From Lama guanicoe (Eukaryota): a DNA stretch of 64,000 bases. The stretch is taken from contig MU054098.1 of the NCBI GenBank assembly GCA_013239625.1, positions 124,001 through 188,000 of the forward strand, given 5' to 3'. The translations under genes and the position numbers were made by a program. Shown one piece after another: positions 1 through 11,650 of this stretch (position 1 is the first letter of the stretch; every line of letters starts with the position of its first letter). The notes under the pieces were generated by a model. It saw only the letters and a list, made by a program, of their open reading frames with translations, did not search any database and was not told the DNA's origin.

Positions 1-495
1 GCATCTTTATTTGTAAAATACCCCAAACAGGAAACTTTCCAAATATCCTTTAACAAGTGAAGGGATAAACAAAGTGATATATTTATACAATGGAATACTA
101 CTCAGTACCAAAAAGAAATGAACTTTTGATACATGCAAAAACTTGAATGAAACTCAAAATAATTGTGCTGAGTGAAATAAGCTGGCCAAAAGAAGAGCTC
201 AGATGATATGATTCCAAGTATATATGAAGTATTAGAATGTGCAAATAAGTATGTAGTGCCTAAAAGCAGATCAGTGGTCACCTGGGAAATTGGGAGGTGG
301 GAATTGAGTGGGAATAAAGGATTACAAAGGGGCACCAAGGGAACTTTCTGGGGCTGGTAGATTTGTTTACTGTGTTGATTGTGGTGATAATTTCATGTGA
401 ATACACATATGTCAGAACTTAACACATTGTACAATTTAAATGTATTCAGTTTATGGGCTGTCAAATAATATCCTAATAAAGATGTTAAAAATTAA
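1..495 (+). mobile_element. Old L1 (L1MC/MD-like) 3' end
   Basis: Typical L1 3' motifs (tatacaatggaatactactcag, atgattcc, ttgattgtggtgat) ending in aataaa and an A-rich tail near 475-492. Confidence 0.8.
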
Positions 496-1069
496 ATATC
501 AGATAAACATATTTTTTCCTGAAAAGCTTTCATAGTGAATGTCATAAAACTGTCTTGCTGGAATTTCTACATTAATTTAGAGCTAAATAACAGGCCTCCC
601 CTGAATGAACACATTGTACTTTCCCTTAATTCTTACTGGTTATCATTTCATCTTAAAAATGAGAGCAGAATGGTCTCACAACTGTTCTGAAAATTGGAAT
701 AATTTGAGGCCAAGAAAACAGTGTTATCAGAGAGAACTGATTTTACTTAGCTGGCAAAAGAAGTTAAATATTGTCTAAAACAAAAAATGGAGAGAGATAC
801 AGTGTTCATAGGTCAGGGGACACAATATTGCCATGGTGTCTATTCTTACAAATAACATAAGGTAGCCAGCACCAAGAGGGGGTACCTACCAGGCAGTCAG
901 TAAATTGTTACTATTGTTATTACTTTAAAATCAGAACGTTCTATAAAACAGAAATCATTATGTACATTTGGCAGTAACCAATTAAAACTGGAGACAGTCT
1001 CTTGAAGTCAGGAGTACACCACACTGAAAAAAAAAACTCTCAGAAAAAAATTAAAAAAAATAGAAGTAC

Positions 1070-1220
1070 AGTACACTGGAAAACTGGAGACTTTGTCGTC
1101 CCACTGCGCCAGCATTTAGTTTTGTGATATTGGGCACGTCATTTCACCTCTAGGGACTTGGGTTCGCCTCTTGTGAAATCAGGTGGTTGATAGATCCTTA
1201 CTCCTTCACTGCTTCTAATA
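1070..1220 (+). mobile_element. MIR SINE fragment
   Basis: MIR core-like tgtgatattgggcacgtcatttcacctct...tgtgaaat. Confidence 0.6.
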
Positions 1221-2689
1221 CTTATTATCTAAGAAATAGTGAATTTAACATCAAATTTATTATCATCAAAAATTTAAGACATTGCCTTCACAGCTGCATC
1301 TTGAGCAATGAAGAGCAGAGTGAAATGCTTTGTAAATGCAGGTGAGAGTGAGCTTTTTGTCTGGATCATTTCAGATAATTGCCTTATCAATTGACATTAT
1401 AGATCTATCCATGGTGTGTTAGTAATATTAAAAAAAATCAAATACAATCCCCAGAATTTTGTACTTTCCCAAATCAGATGATTAGGAGTAAGCAAAGAAA
1501 GAACTAGTTTTTCATGGTGTTCTGATTTAGACTTTCAAGGCATTCACAGGGCAGACTACAGACAATTGCAAATGCGTTAAAGTAGCATTTTTAAGAAAGT
1601 GCCAGCAGTTTGATTCTTAAGCTAACTATTTGGGCCTGTTTGGAGGCCACATAAAACGTTATACTCAGCCAAGTATATAGTCAGGTTATCAATTTACATG
1701 TCTTACCAACAATGTTATTTTTATTTCCCTACAGTGTTTTCTTTAGCACATTCAGATGTTATAGTCTAAAATCATGAATCTCTTACTTTTTCTTTGAATA
1801 CCTTTATAGTTTTTCAAAAGAACAAAAAGTGATGTAGAATGCACTGTTCTATATAGAATATGAACCTTAGAATTGGCATTGTGCTACACAATTGTCCTTT
1901 TTCCCCTTTTTTAGAACTAGCTTCTTTTCCCTTTCACTCATATCAGTTCATTGGTTCCATTTACCTACTCATATCCAGTAGTAAAGTTTTCTTTATATTT
2001 ATTTAGTTTGCTAAGTGATTTCATACTCATAGTCATCTATAGATAGGGAGAGTGTTCTGCTATCTTTATTCTGAGAGTTCAAAACCTTTTGGACAGTTAA
2101 AATTTCAAAATATATGAAATATCTTGCTTCATTTGCATATTTTGTGTGATTTGAATATATCAAGGTCTTTTCAGAGTTTTTCAGTGGGTAACAAACTTCA
2201 TTGTATATAGTAGAAATTTTTTTCTTCTTTACAATTTCTACAGTGGTAAATTTAAACTATGAGCCAATGTTGTTTCTGCATTCCAACTTGATAATGAGCC
2301 TTAACTGTGTACCATTTCATTCCATTAAAAGAAAAAAAAATACTCACAAAGCAAATGGCTCATAAAGTAATCTGAGTGATGGAGAAAGAACAGCTCCCAG
2401 CATGAAATGAAACTATCTTTCACCAAGAATGAAGTAGAATTTTAGAAGTCCTCCAGCTGTAGCTGCTTTAGACAGTTGACAATTTTAGATAAAATTCTCC
2501 CTGTGTTATCTTTGACCACTAAGGTTTAGAGCCTGAAACATGATTAATTACCTTCCATCTCGTAAAATTCTTGACAAATTTACCACACAAGCTTTTAGAC
2601 ATTTTTTTTCAAATAAAAATGTTTCTAAATATACCATTTGTTTTGTGATGTCAGGATTGTCCAGGAGATCCTAACAAATAACAAAGCAG

Positions 2690-2860
2690 TCTAGCATAAA
2701 ATAAGGAGCCAGACTTTGATTCTTATACCAGCTGCTTGGCACAATTACTGCGTAGTATTGGAAAAGTCTACTTACCTTTCTCAGCAGAGTTATTGTGAGA
2801 GCTAAATGGAAATATATGTGAATGACTCTTTTAAACCATAAAGCACTAAGCAAATATGAA
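2690..2860 (+). mobile_element. MIR SINE fragment
   Basis: ggagccagac...tattggaaaagtctacttacctttctc...gttattgtgag...taaagcact matches the MIR layout. Confidence 0.6.
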
Positions 2861-3337
2861 GTGTGATTGCCAAGTAGCCACCCTAATTAATGTTCCCGAC
2901 AACTTATCTCTATTCAAACTTGTTTTTTCAAATTACATCTATATTTCCGCCTCTCCAATTTCCTAACTTTTCCATCTCTTCAAGCATATTTTAGAATGAT
3001 GAGTTCTGAGCTGTTACATCCTGGGAAAGGGAGCCAAAAGTCCTTATAGACTGTTCCCTGAAGACAGCTGCTCAAATGTTGCTTTGGCTAAAATAATCAG
3101 GAAAATGTTGCATATCATTAAGAAAAATAGGAGAAAAAACAGTAACCAGGCATCCCACTTTTCCGTAATTCCTTGGGTGTCTGCAGCTGGGCTGTTTTTT
3201 TTGTTTGTTTGTTTTGTAGTTGTGGTCTGTGTACAAGACAGGAATAACAGAGTTGGAGAAAATGCAGAGAAAAGCAACTCAAATGATGAAGAGGATTGCA
3301 GAAAGCAAGGTGGGTGGGGAGAATAAGGCTACAGATA

Positions 3338-3563
3338 TAGTCGGCCCTCCGTATCCATAGGTTCTGCATCCTTGGATTCAACCAACCACAAATAAAAAAT
3401 ATTTCAAAAAAATTCCAGAAAGTTCCAAAAAGCAAAACTTGAACTTGTTGTGCATAGGCAACTAATTAGATAGCATATACACTGTGTGTACAAGTATGTA
3501 CAGAGCATTGACATTGTATTAGGTATTATAAATAATCTAGAGATGATTTAAAATATACAGGAG
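3338..3563. mobile_element. MER2/MER2B-like TcMar-Tigger element, truncated
   Basis: Terminus agtcggccctccgtatcc...ggattcaaccaacc and internal gtattaggtattataaataatctagagatgatttaaa. The sequence stops at the adjacent L1. Confidence 0.8.
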
Positions 3564-3950
3564 TACCATATGATATCACTCATATGTGGAATCTTAAAAA
3601 GAAAGACATAAATAAACTTATTTACAAAACAAAAACAGACTCACAGACATAGAAAACAAACTTATGGTTACCAAAGGAGGAAGTAGGGGGAAGGGGTAAA
3701 TTGGGAGTTTGGGATTAGCAGATACTAACTACTATATATATATAATAGATAAACAACAAGGTCCTACTGTATAGCACAGGGAACTATATTCAATATCTTG
3801 TAATAGCCTATAATGAAAAAGAACATGAAAAAGAATATGTATATATATACATATATATGTATAACTGGATCACTATGCTGCATCACCAGAAACTAACACA
3901 AACATTATAAATCAACTATACTTCAAATAAAAAGAAAAGAAAAAAAAAGA
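3564..3950 (+). mobile_element. Cetartiodactyl-type L1 3' end
   Basis: atatgatatcactcatatgtggaatc...acagactcacagacatagaaaacaaacttatggttacc...ctgtatagcacagggaactatattcaat...aactatacttcaaataaaa plus A tail. Confidence 0.9.
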
Positions 3951-4989
3951 AGTCTTCTGGGAAATAAGTCATCCAAAGTTAAAAGAGTGTCCATTAACTT
4001 GCTTCCAGGACAGTTGGGCTCATGTAAGTGGCTTGGCTAGTTTATGAGCCCAGCTCACTGTCTGTCACAGATATCATCTGGCCCAGTCCTCTTGAACCTG
4101 GGCCTGAATCTTACAGCAAAGGATCTCTAACGAAAGAACAAAAGAAACGGAAAAGAACTTTATTGTAACATGTCAGCCACCGCAGTGCCGGCAGCTTTGG
4201 TACCATCCTGGGAGATCGCGGCACTGGAAGACAGCACCTTCCTTATTGGGAACTGTCAGCCTGGGCATGGGTACTGCTGGCCACCAGTCTTGCCGTTGGC
4301 AGGCACCAGTAGAGGTTTTGCTTTTGATGGCCGCTGGCCAGGACAATATACACATCCAGGGAAAGCCCTAGAAGAAAAGAAGAGAAATGGGAGCTCTGTG
4401 GTGGCCATGAGTACCAGATCCAAGAGAACTTGTGAGGTATTTTCTTGGTTTTCCAGAGATTTTTTTTCTTTTTCAGGGGTCGCGGGGGCAGTGGGGAAGG
4501 GTGGGAGAGAGGACGTGTGGGAATGTATGAGTATGGAATAGGGAGTGAAGTTCCTGGAGAGGCATTGGGAGTGGAGCCAGAAAAACAGTGACTTGTGATT
4601 TTCTCCTTTCCCACAAAACTAGCATGATCACGGAAACCCAGGTGCGAAGTGGTAATATTTACTCTCCCTGAAGATCCTGTATTTCATAACGCTCCCACCT
4701 TTGCATGTGGGTTTTCCCTCCAGCAGTATCTTTCCTTTTGTGGTTTTCCTCCCTGAAGGCTCCTCTTTATGTTTTTTGTTCATCCAAAGGTTCACTTTAA
4801 CTCCAATTTTCTTCCAAGGTGTAATAGCTTAGATTCACGCACAGGCGATGCTGTCCTAGGGAAGTCATTCTCAGACTTGCTCAAGTGTCAGAGTACTTGG
4901 AAGTCATGGTGCTCTTTGCAGGACTTTAACAAATGATATTTTTTTCAATTGATTTCACGAGAATGAAATAATAGCTGGATCACAGCACG

Positions 4990-5220
4990 TGTCATTTGAG
5001 GGTACTTACTAGATACCAAGCACTCTGCCAATTAATCCCTTTACATGCATGACCTTATTCACCTCTCACTATAGCCCTATGCACTGTGTGCTATGTGAAG
5101 GTGGAGGCTCAGAGATGTTCAGAGACTTGCCCAGGGTAACACAACCAGGAAGTGACAACTGGAATTTGCACCCTGGACTTCAAAGTTTATGATTATCACT
5201 ACTGTATCTACTGCCTCCCC
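4990..5220 (-). mobile_element. MIR SINE
   Basis: gaggctcagagatgttcagagacttgcccagggtaacaca is the MIR core in reverse orientation. Confidence 0.7.
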
Positions 5221-6441
5221 CTTTGAATAATTTTGCTAATTGAAAACATGCATATGTAACAAGTGGGTAGCCTCTGGAATAGGGATTTGAGCACGAAAAA
5301 TAAGCTGATAAATCCATATGTTCAGCTGAATACTCCATGAGTATTTCTTTGCAGACCATAGTAATACAGTCTTTTTTGTCTCTTTGGGTTATTTATGGTA
5401 ATTAACTGTACTTCCTTATCTCTTGGAGGCTCATTTAAAAGCATCAGTTGATAATTACATTCCCAGCATAGAACTCTAGTGAGAAGTTATACACTGTCAC
5501 CAATGCCAGCTTTCAAAGACTCTCTAAGGCACTTTAGAGACTTGGGGACACATGAAGACAGAGTGGTCGGCCATCCAGTCTGCCACTTTATTGATATTTT
5601 GTTGCCAGAATGGATAGGCTATGTGGAGAACAGAGAATGAATGTCTCTACTCTTGCTTCGAAGTGGATATTCTGAAAAATGCTCGTACAAGAAAGTTAAA
5701 AACCTTTCCTTTCATCTTGCCACTGTGTCAGTTCTGGTTTACCTCACATTCGTTTATCTTGGATGACTTGTCTTCCCTCTTTAGTTCCTTACTAGATGTC
5801 TTATAACTTGAGTCTTCACCCAACTCCAGGTTCAGTAGATAAAGTACTCAGAATTAGTATAGATCTTAGACATCCACTAAGGAGGAAGGGTGACACATTT
5901 TGGGATGAAGTGGTTTGTTTAACAGAAAAGGAGATTGCATAGAAAGTAGGCAGTAAAATTTTAACATTTTGGGTCAACTAAGACTATAAACCCCCAAAAC
6001 TTTGGTGGGGAATCACAGAATACTTAAATGCCCTTAACATCACACTTATACCGATTGCCCACCCCACTGTAAGCAATGAATAAGAGTTAGCTATTACTTT
6101 TGTGATGACGATGATAATGATGATGCATAGGTGGCCAGTTGGAGTGTTTTCAAAGACTACTAAGATTTCTCGAGGTACATAAAAAAATCAAAAGGGAAGA
6201 GTCAAACTGGAACAAAATGTTTGTGTCCATTTATGCTGGATACTTAAAATGAGGGCTATCTGTGATTACTGCTCGTCCCTCAATATGCATTCTTCCCGTC
6301 TTTGTCTTAGTAATAGAACTGCCTGAGTTTAGACTCAGCCAAAGACTATAGATCTCAATATACTTTGCAGCTAGGTTTGGCCATGCAACCATCTGGCCAA
6401 TGATGTATAAGTGGCAAGTGCAGATTCCAGGTCACATTCTT

Positions 6442-6820
6442 TGTTTGCTTGTTTGTTTTTGTGATTAGAAAATTTATTTTTGACCAACTGACTATAGAAT
6501 CACAGACAAATTATAAAAATTAATTTTTTTAAATGGAGGTCCTGGGGATTGAACCCAGGACGTTGTGCATGCTAAGCGCGTGCTGTACCACTGAGCTATA
6601 GCCACCCTCCCCAAAACTAATTTTTTAATAAAGCCACGAGGCATAATTTGCTGAAAATTAAAAGACTCATAAAAAGTAACAAAATTATTCTTAAGTTCAT
6701 AAAATTACCCCTCCCAGCACATTGTGATAAATGAAAGAAAATGTGTAAAGGCATGTGTAAGTTTCTCAGCTGCTCCATAATACACCCAGAGAATTACCCA
6801 TACATGAAAAACCAATGCAA
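6442..6820 (-). pseudogene. Retrotransposed 3'-UTR-like fragment of an unidentified polyadenylated RNA
   Basis: Direct repeats gtcacattctt at 6431-6441 and 6821-6831. Minus-strand AATAAA (6473-6478) is followed about 13 nt later by a decayed poly(A) tail (6442-6460). The body is AU-rich and does not resemble a repeat I recognise. Confidence 0.7.
6530..6612 (-). mobile_element. Camelid tRNA-derived SINE (Vic-1 type), short form
   Basis: Reverse strand reads ggggagggtggctatagctcagtggtacagcacgcgcttagcatgcacaacgtcctgggttcaatccccagg, with A and B boxes. TSD aaaa(t/c)taatttttt at 6516-6529 and 6613-6626. Confidence 0.9.
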
Positions 6821-8618
6821 GTCACATTCTTGAAAGGAAACTTCTTGCCCTTCACTTTCTTGTTCCTTTTCTCATGAGTGTCAATCATGGTGAACAAGGA
6901 AAACAAAGATGGAAAACCCCCAAGGACTTGGATGACCTTGTGGAGCAAAGCCCCTTACAGCCCATCTATCTCCAGACTGTTAGGTGGGACAACACTAATT
7001 TCTATTTCGTTTCAGCCACTGTATTTTTGAGTCTCATCATTATTTATAGCAAGTTAGCCTAATACATGAAATCAAATGCCTGGTATGATGCCAAACAACT
7101 GTAAAAGGACTCATTTAAAAAAGAAATACAAATGATAAAAATCTATCATTAAAAATGGTATCTAAAAATGTGAAAAAAAAAAGGATCAGTTGATACCAAA
7201 TGATGTAGGGTTTGCAATTCTTTTCCCTTTCTTCAGGATGCACTTTTGATTACTTCAAGAAACTTCTTGGAAGAACAAATTTATTTTAATCATTCTTTTT
7301 CAATTCCTTTCATAAAACGTGAGCTCTTCACAGCTTTAAAGAGCAGAGTGTTGGAGATGTTCACTAGGAGGGTGTTTGAGACTTTTAACACACTTTATTT
7401 GGCCAAAAATGCCAGGGCTACTCAAATAACATAATATTATACATTTTTGTCATCGATTTCTCATGCTCACTCCTCAGAGGATGAAGATTTTCTTTTTGGA
7501 CGTCAGTACCCCTCCTCAGAATTGACCTTTAGAACCGTAAAGAATGCATGCATAGCCACAAAGTGAAAACCTCAAGTTCCAAACCGTACCCAGGAAAACA
7601 ATGATAATTGCCTAGATAAGTCTGGAGCTAAGCTTAAGTTTAACTTCTTAGTTTCAACCTCCTTCACCTTTAAGCCAACTAGGACAACTATTAAGCCCAT
7701 GGTGACTACAGAAAAATAGGTCTTTGTGACTGGACTTCAGGCATCAACGTAAGAATTGAGAATAATGATAAACTAGCAATGGCCTTGATAGCAAATTTGC
7801 TCTCTTTCAAATCCCCTGAATAAAACCTTAGCCTGGACACTTGACCTAGGTCAGGTTACATGAGACATTCCTGAGTCGATCACACAGTTTCTCTATCTTA
7901 CTTTTTCTCTAGTCGTTCTTCTTGTCACTTCCGTCCTTTCTCTTCTTGTTGTCGCGTGGTTTACACTTGACTCAGAGTTATCTTATATTCTAGGATGTCT
8001 GCACATTTGTTTTCTCTCTCTTGAGTGAACAGCTATATTGCCTGCATTTTCTTTAACATACGTAAAACTGTTTTTCTTAAAATGGAGCTACATAGACAAT
8101 ACAGATGGTTCTTGGGAGGCATGAATCATCGCATCTTCAGTACATAATGTAGTTGGTGCATAATATCAAAGAAACACGCCTCCGAGCTGTGGACCATGAT
8201 ATGCGTATCAAAACTTGGAGAGGAGAGGAGGGACGTTTATAGGAAATGTCTGTTTTTAACTCAGCCTTAAATGCAGCATTTAAAAAAAAAATCTCAAGCA
8301 GTGAATCGAAGATCTTATTTTTCAGTGCAAAGATCCGGGAATGGCTGATTCATAAAGTATCAATTCAAATCTCTCTGGGGGAACTTAAGTTGTCAAAAAA
8401 ATATGTGAAAATCCATAAGCCAATTTAAGCACAAACAAAGTTCTCCCAAGGGAAAAGTTGAATGCCAACAGCATCTTATCTTGATGGTTCCAGTCTTCCT
8501 AAAGTTGCTGCCTGGTGAAAATAACTTTTTATCCATAATTGCTTGTTACAGAGAAGCATCTTTTGTTAAATTGTTAAGTCCTTTACCAAAAAGTTTCCTT
8601 TAAATAAAATTTCTAACA

Positions 8619-8744
8619 GGCGGGTAGCTATGGCTCAGTGGTAGAGCACATGCTTAGCATGAACGAGGTCCTGGGTTCAATCCCCAGTACCTCCATTGAA
8701 AAATAAATAGAAACCCAATTACCTCCCCCTCAAAATTTTTAAAA
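8619..8744 (+). mobile_element. Camelid tRNA-derived SINE (Vic-1 type), long form
   Basis: tggctcagtggtagagcacatgcttagcatgaacgaggtcctgggttcaatccccagtacctcc plus an aattacctcccc tail. Imperfect TSD aaaatttct at 8606 and 8745. Confidence 0.9.
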
Positions 8745-8999
8745 AAAATTTCTGAAAGATCATTCAGAAGAAAGAGCAACTACACACTTGTGTTTAGCAA
8801 TTTTCTTTTGAGATTTTTAAAACTGTGATCAGATGCCTAGGCTTCATGCTAAATTATGAAGACTGAACTTATATGAATGACATTGTGACATAGAAACCTA
8901 CTCTCTAATATACATGTTTGGCCCTGACCTTTCACCTTTTTCTTTTTGGCCACACTTATGTTTTCAGCTATCTATAGTTATCTTCATTTAGGATTCTCA

Positions 9000-9200
9000 A
9001 TTTGAGTCACCTCCAACCCTTTGTTTAAAACTAAACTCATCATCTTCCCAGCTTTCTGTTTCTCTTGATGGTATTTATCTATGCTTCTAACCTAGAAATG
9101 CTGGTGTCACCTTGGACACGCACCTTTCCTCCATTAACAGATGTTTATTGAGCATCTATGATGAGCCAGGTATTTTGCAAAATGCTGGGGATATGGTGTC
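9000..9200. mobile_element. L2 fragments
   Basis: aaactcatcatcttcc (L2 body) and atgtttattgagcatctatgatgagccagg (L2 3' end, reverse). Confidence 0.6.
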
Positions 9201-9534
9201 AGCTCTGAAGGGATTCTATTTTCAGATTTTTAACTGAGTTGAACTGTTACCTGATTTACATGATGACATATAGAAAACAATACATGTTGGCTGCTATTAT
9301 TTTAATATTGCCAATGTTGTTTTTTAAAGTGTGTTAAATTCATCCTCTTTTGTCCTTTTTACTAAATCCTGGCTCCTAAAATCTGATGCTTAGAGAATTG
9401 CAACAGTTTTCCCTTGTCTTCAAAGAGCATCAGTAGTTATCTGTGATCATTTTAGTTTTGTTATTTAGTCCAGTTGCTGAATTTGCTGTTTGGGCTGAAC
9501 ATTGCCGTATTTTATGCACATTGTCAGCCCCATC

Positions 9535-9946
9535 CATCTTGTGTCAGATTCTGCAGAAGCAGGAATTTTCTTACAAACAATGCGTTGAGGGATTGCTCTT
9601 GAAGAAACACCTGTAAGAAGCAGGACGGAAGGGAAAAGAACCAGGAAAAGCTGTGGTCTCGGATGAAAGTCTATAGCCTCGGTCTGATCCATGGTATTAG
9701 GGCTCTGGAGCATAAACCCCACTGCAGCGTTGTTCCCATTTTTGTGAAGAAGTCAGCTTTCATACCTCTATCAGTGGTTCAGAAGTAGTGGGCCACCCCC
9801 AACCTGGGGCACAGCTGCCTGGGAGAGGCAGCACTGACAGCTGAGGGCAATTTCCCAGAAAAGGGGGGGCCACTGTGAGACTCTAACAGCTGCACGGTGG
9901 GTGCACGGGTGAGATCTGGGCGGGACAGTAACGGAGCTGTCTGTAT
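9535..9946 (-). mobile_element. LTR16-like ERVL solo LTR
   Basis: gctgagggcaatttcccag...gatctgggcgggacagtaac resembles the LTR16A terminus in reverse. Confidence 0.55.
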
Positions 9947-10136
9947 CAGTTGTTTTCACATTTTAGTATCTATCAGGATCACCTGGTGGGCTTGTTCAAA
10001 CAGATTGCTGGGCCCCAAGCCCAGAGTTTCTGATTCATTTCGTTTGCCTGAGGTGAACCCAGGAATTTGCATTCATAACAAGTTCCCAGGTAATGCTGAT
10101 GCTGCTGGTCTCAGGATCAGACTTTGAGAACCAGTG
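9947..10136. mobile_element. MER5A hAT-Charlie MITE
   Basis: cagttgttttcac...atcacctgg...cagattgctgggcccc...atttgcattcataacaagttcccaggtaatgctgatgctgctgg...actttgagaaccagtg; about 190 bp with TIRs. Confidence 0.9.
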
Positions 10137-10203
10137 CTTTAGATAGAATAACAGCTCATAATAGACATTCACTCAACCTTGATGAATTTAATTGAATTCT
10201 GCA

Positions 10204-10466
10204 TAAGATTGCCAGATAAAATATAGGATGCTTGGTTAACTTTGAATTTCATATGAACAATAGATCATTTTTAGTATAACTACAACTGTTCTCTCTCTCA
10301 TATATATACATATACAAATATATATTTATATGTAATATAAATATGACTACAAAGTATACATGTATCTCCAATATTGCATGGGACATACTTATACAAAAAT
10401 TGAAAAAATTGTTTCTCTGAAATTTCCGCTTACATTTAAATGTATTCGGTCAAGCTGGCAACTCTA
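10204..10466. mobile_element. MER53 hAT MITE with internal TA-rich expansion
   Basis: TIRs agattgccag / ctggcaactcta. Internal aatattgcatgggacatacttatac. Confidence 0.75.
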
Positions 10467-10487
10467 GTCCTACATCATCATGAGTAC

Positions 10488-10981
10488 TGTGAATGAAAAA
10501 TACTGCAAACCATATCAGTAAACAACGCTGAAACCATCAAGTCATCGGGGGCTGCCGCCAACCCCCAGGGAAGACAAGCCTGCAGCCCGGCCTCTGCAGC
10601 CACTCACAGCGGTGCACCCTGAGGGGACTCAGAATAAGAAAGGACAGGATACTGGCCCTGGATGGCTAGGTGCTTGTCAAAGGCATGAATTCAGTGAGCC
10701 CAAATGTTTGCTTCTCCCCATACATAGAAAAGCGCTAAATTACTTAACTTGAAATGTCTGGTTTTCTTTAGTTAACAAGTAATCTTGTAATGTTCCAACT
10801 ACCTGGTCTTTGTTGTAAAGCTCCTATATATCCTGGCTCCTCCCCTACCTCTTCGGAGTAGTCCCTCAGAGCAATCTGGGAGGCCATCATCCCAGGGTCG
10901 AAGGGGTTCGAGTCCTCAGAAACGTCCACCGAATAAAACATAACTCTCAACTTCTAGGTTGTGCATTTATTTCAGTCGACA
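10488..10981 (+). mobile_element. ERV1-class solo LTR (cetartiodactyl MER41-like)
   Basis: TG...CA termini, TATA-like cctatatatcc near 10823-10833, AATAAA at 10932-10937, U5 cataactctcaacttctaggttgtgcatttatttcagtcgaca. Several CpGs are retained. Confidence 0.8.
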
Positions 10982-11439
10982 TATAAATGTACGGAAAGTA
11001 TTGTGTCACGAGATCAGTATATTCCTGACAAAAATAAAAGTAGAGAATAAACAAAATGAAAATTGATGAGGAACTGTCAGTATTTGATGGGATGACTCCT
11101 TCTATGATAGAAACAATTATGAATGAGCAAGAGCCAATGATGACATATAAAACAGTTCTGTGCCTTTGCAATCCACTATACTATAATCAGGGAAAGACAA
11201 TAGAAATCCATTGAGGAAATGGAAAGCTTTTGCATGTGAGACTGAGGGCCCAGTATCACTGTCCTATGCCTATTAGTGTAATATTAATTCAGGAGAAGTT
11301 CAAAAACTCAATAGCTAAGCCCGGTAAAAATACTGTGAATGAAGATTTCATTATTTTGCATTAATTTAATCCAATGACCCTTTTAATTTACTACTGCAGC
11401 CTCCTCCCCCCACTCTCTTACCATGCTCTAGCTTTTCTT

Positions 11440-11650
11440 TGTCTACAGCGGTTATTTCCTTCCACTATGTACTTTACCTATTTACTATGTTTATTGTCTG
11501 TTTCACCCCTGCTAGAATGTAAGCTCCACGAGGGCAAGGACCTTTATTTTGTTCACTGATGTACCTATCCTGAGCGCCTAGAGCAGTCTCTGACACATAC
11601 TAAGTACTCAAGACATATCTTTCAGCGAATGAAGAGATGAATGAATGCTT
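11440..11650 (+). mobile_element. L2 3' end
   Basis: ctagaatgtaagctccacgagggcaaggac...ttgttcactgatgta...gcgcctagagcagt...gaatgaatg tail. Confidence 0.85.

Larger units (their letters stand above)
6258..7066 (+). mobile_element. ERVL-class solo LTR (LTR33/LTR16-like), split by an insertion at 6442-6820
   Basis: aatatgcattcttccc...tagtaatagaac...ttgcagctaggtttggccatg...ggccaatga. Resumes after 6820 and ends ...cctaataca. Confidence 0.6.

Noticed and set aside
1294..1341. Candidate 48-nt plus-strand exon (cacag|...CAG|gtgaga)
   Set aside because: Splice-like signals only, with no recognisable product or partner exon. Such pairs are common by chance.
7237..7318. Strong acceptor (ttcttttccctttcttcag) with a possible gtgag donor
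   Set aside because: No recognisable protein and no independent support. It could be a lncRNA exon, but that is untestable here.
10485..11343. 13-bp direct repeat tactgtgaatgaa at 10485 and 11331 as a TSD
   Set aside because: The first copy overlaps the LTR's own 5' terminus and no poly(A) tail precedes the second; likely coincidence.
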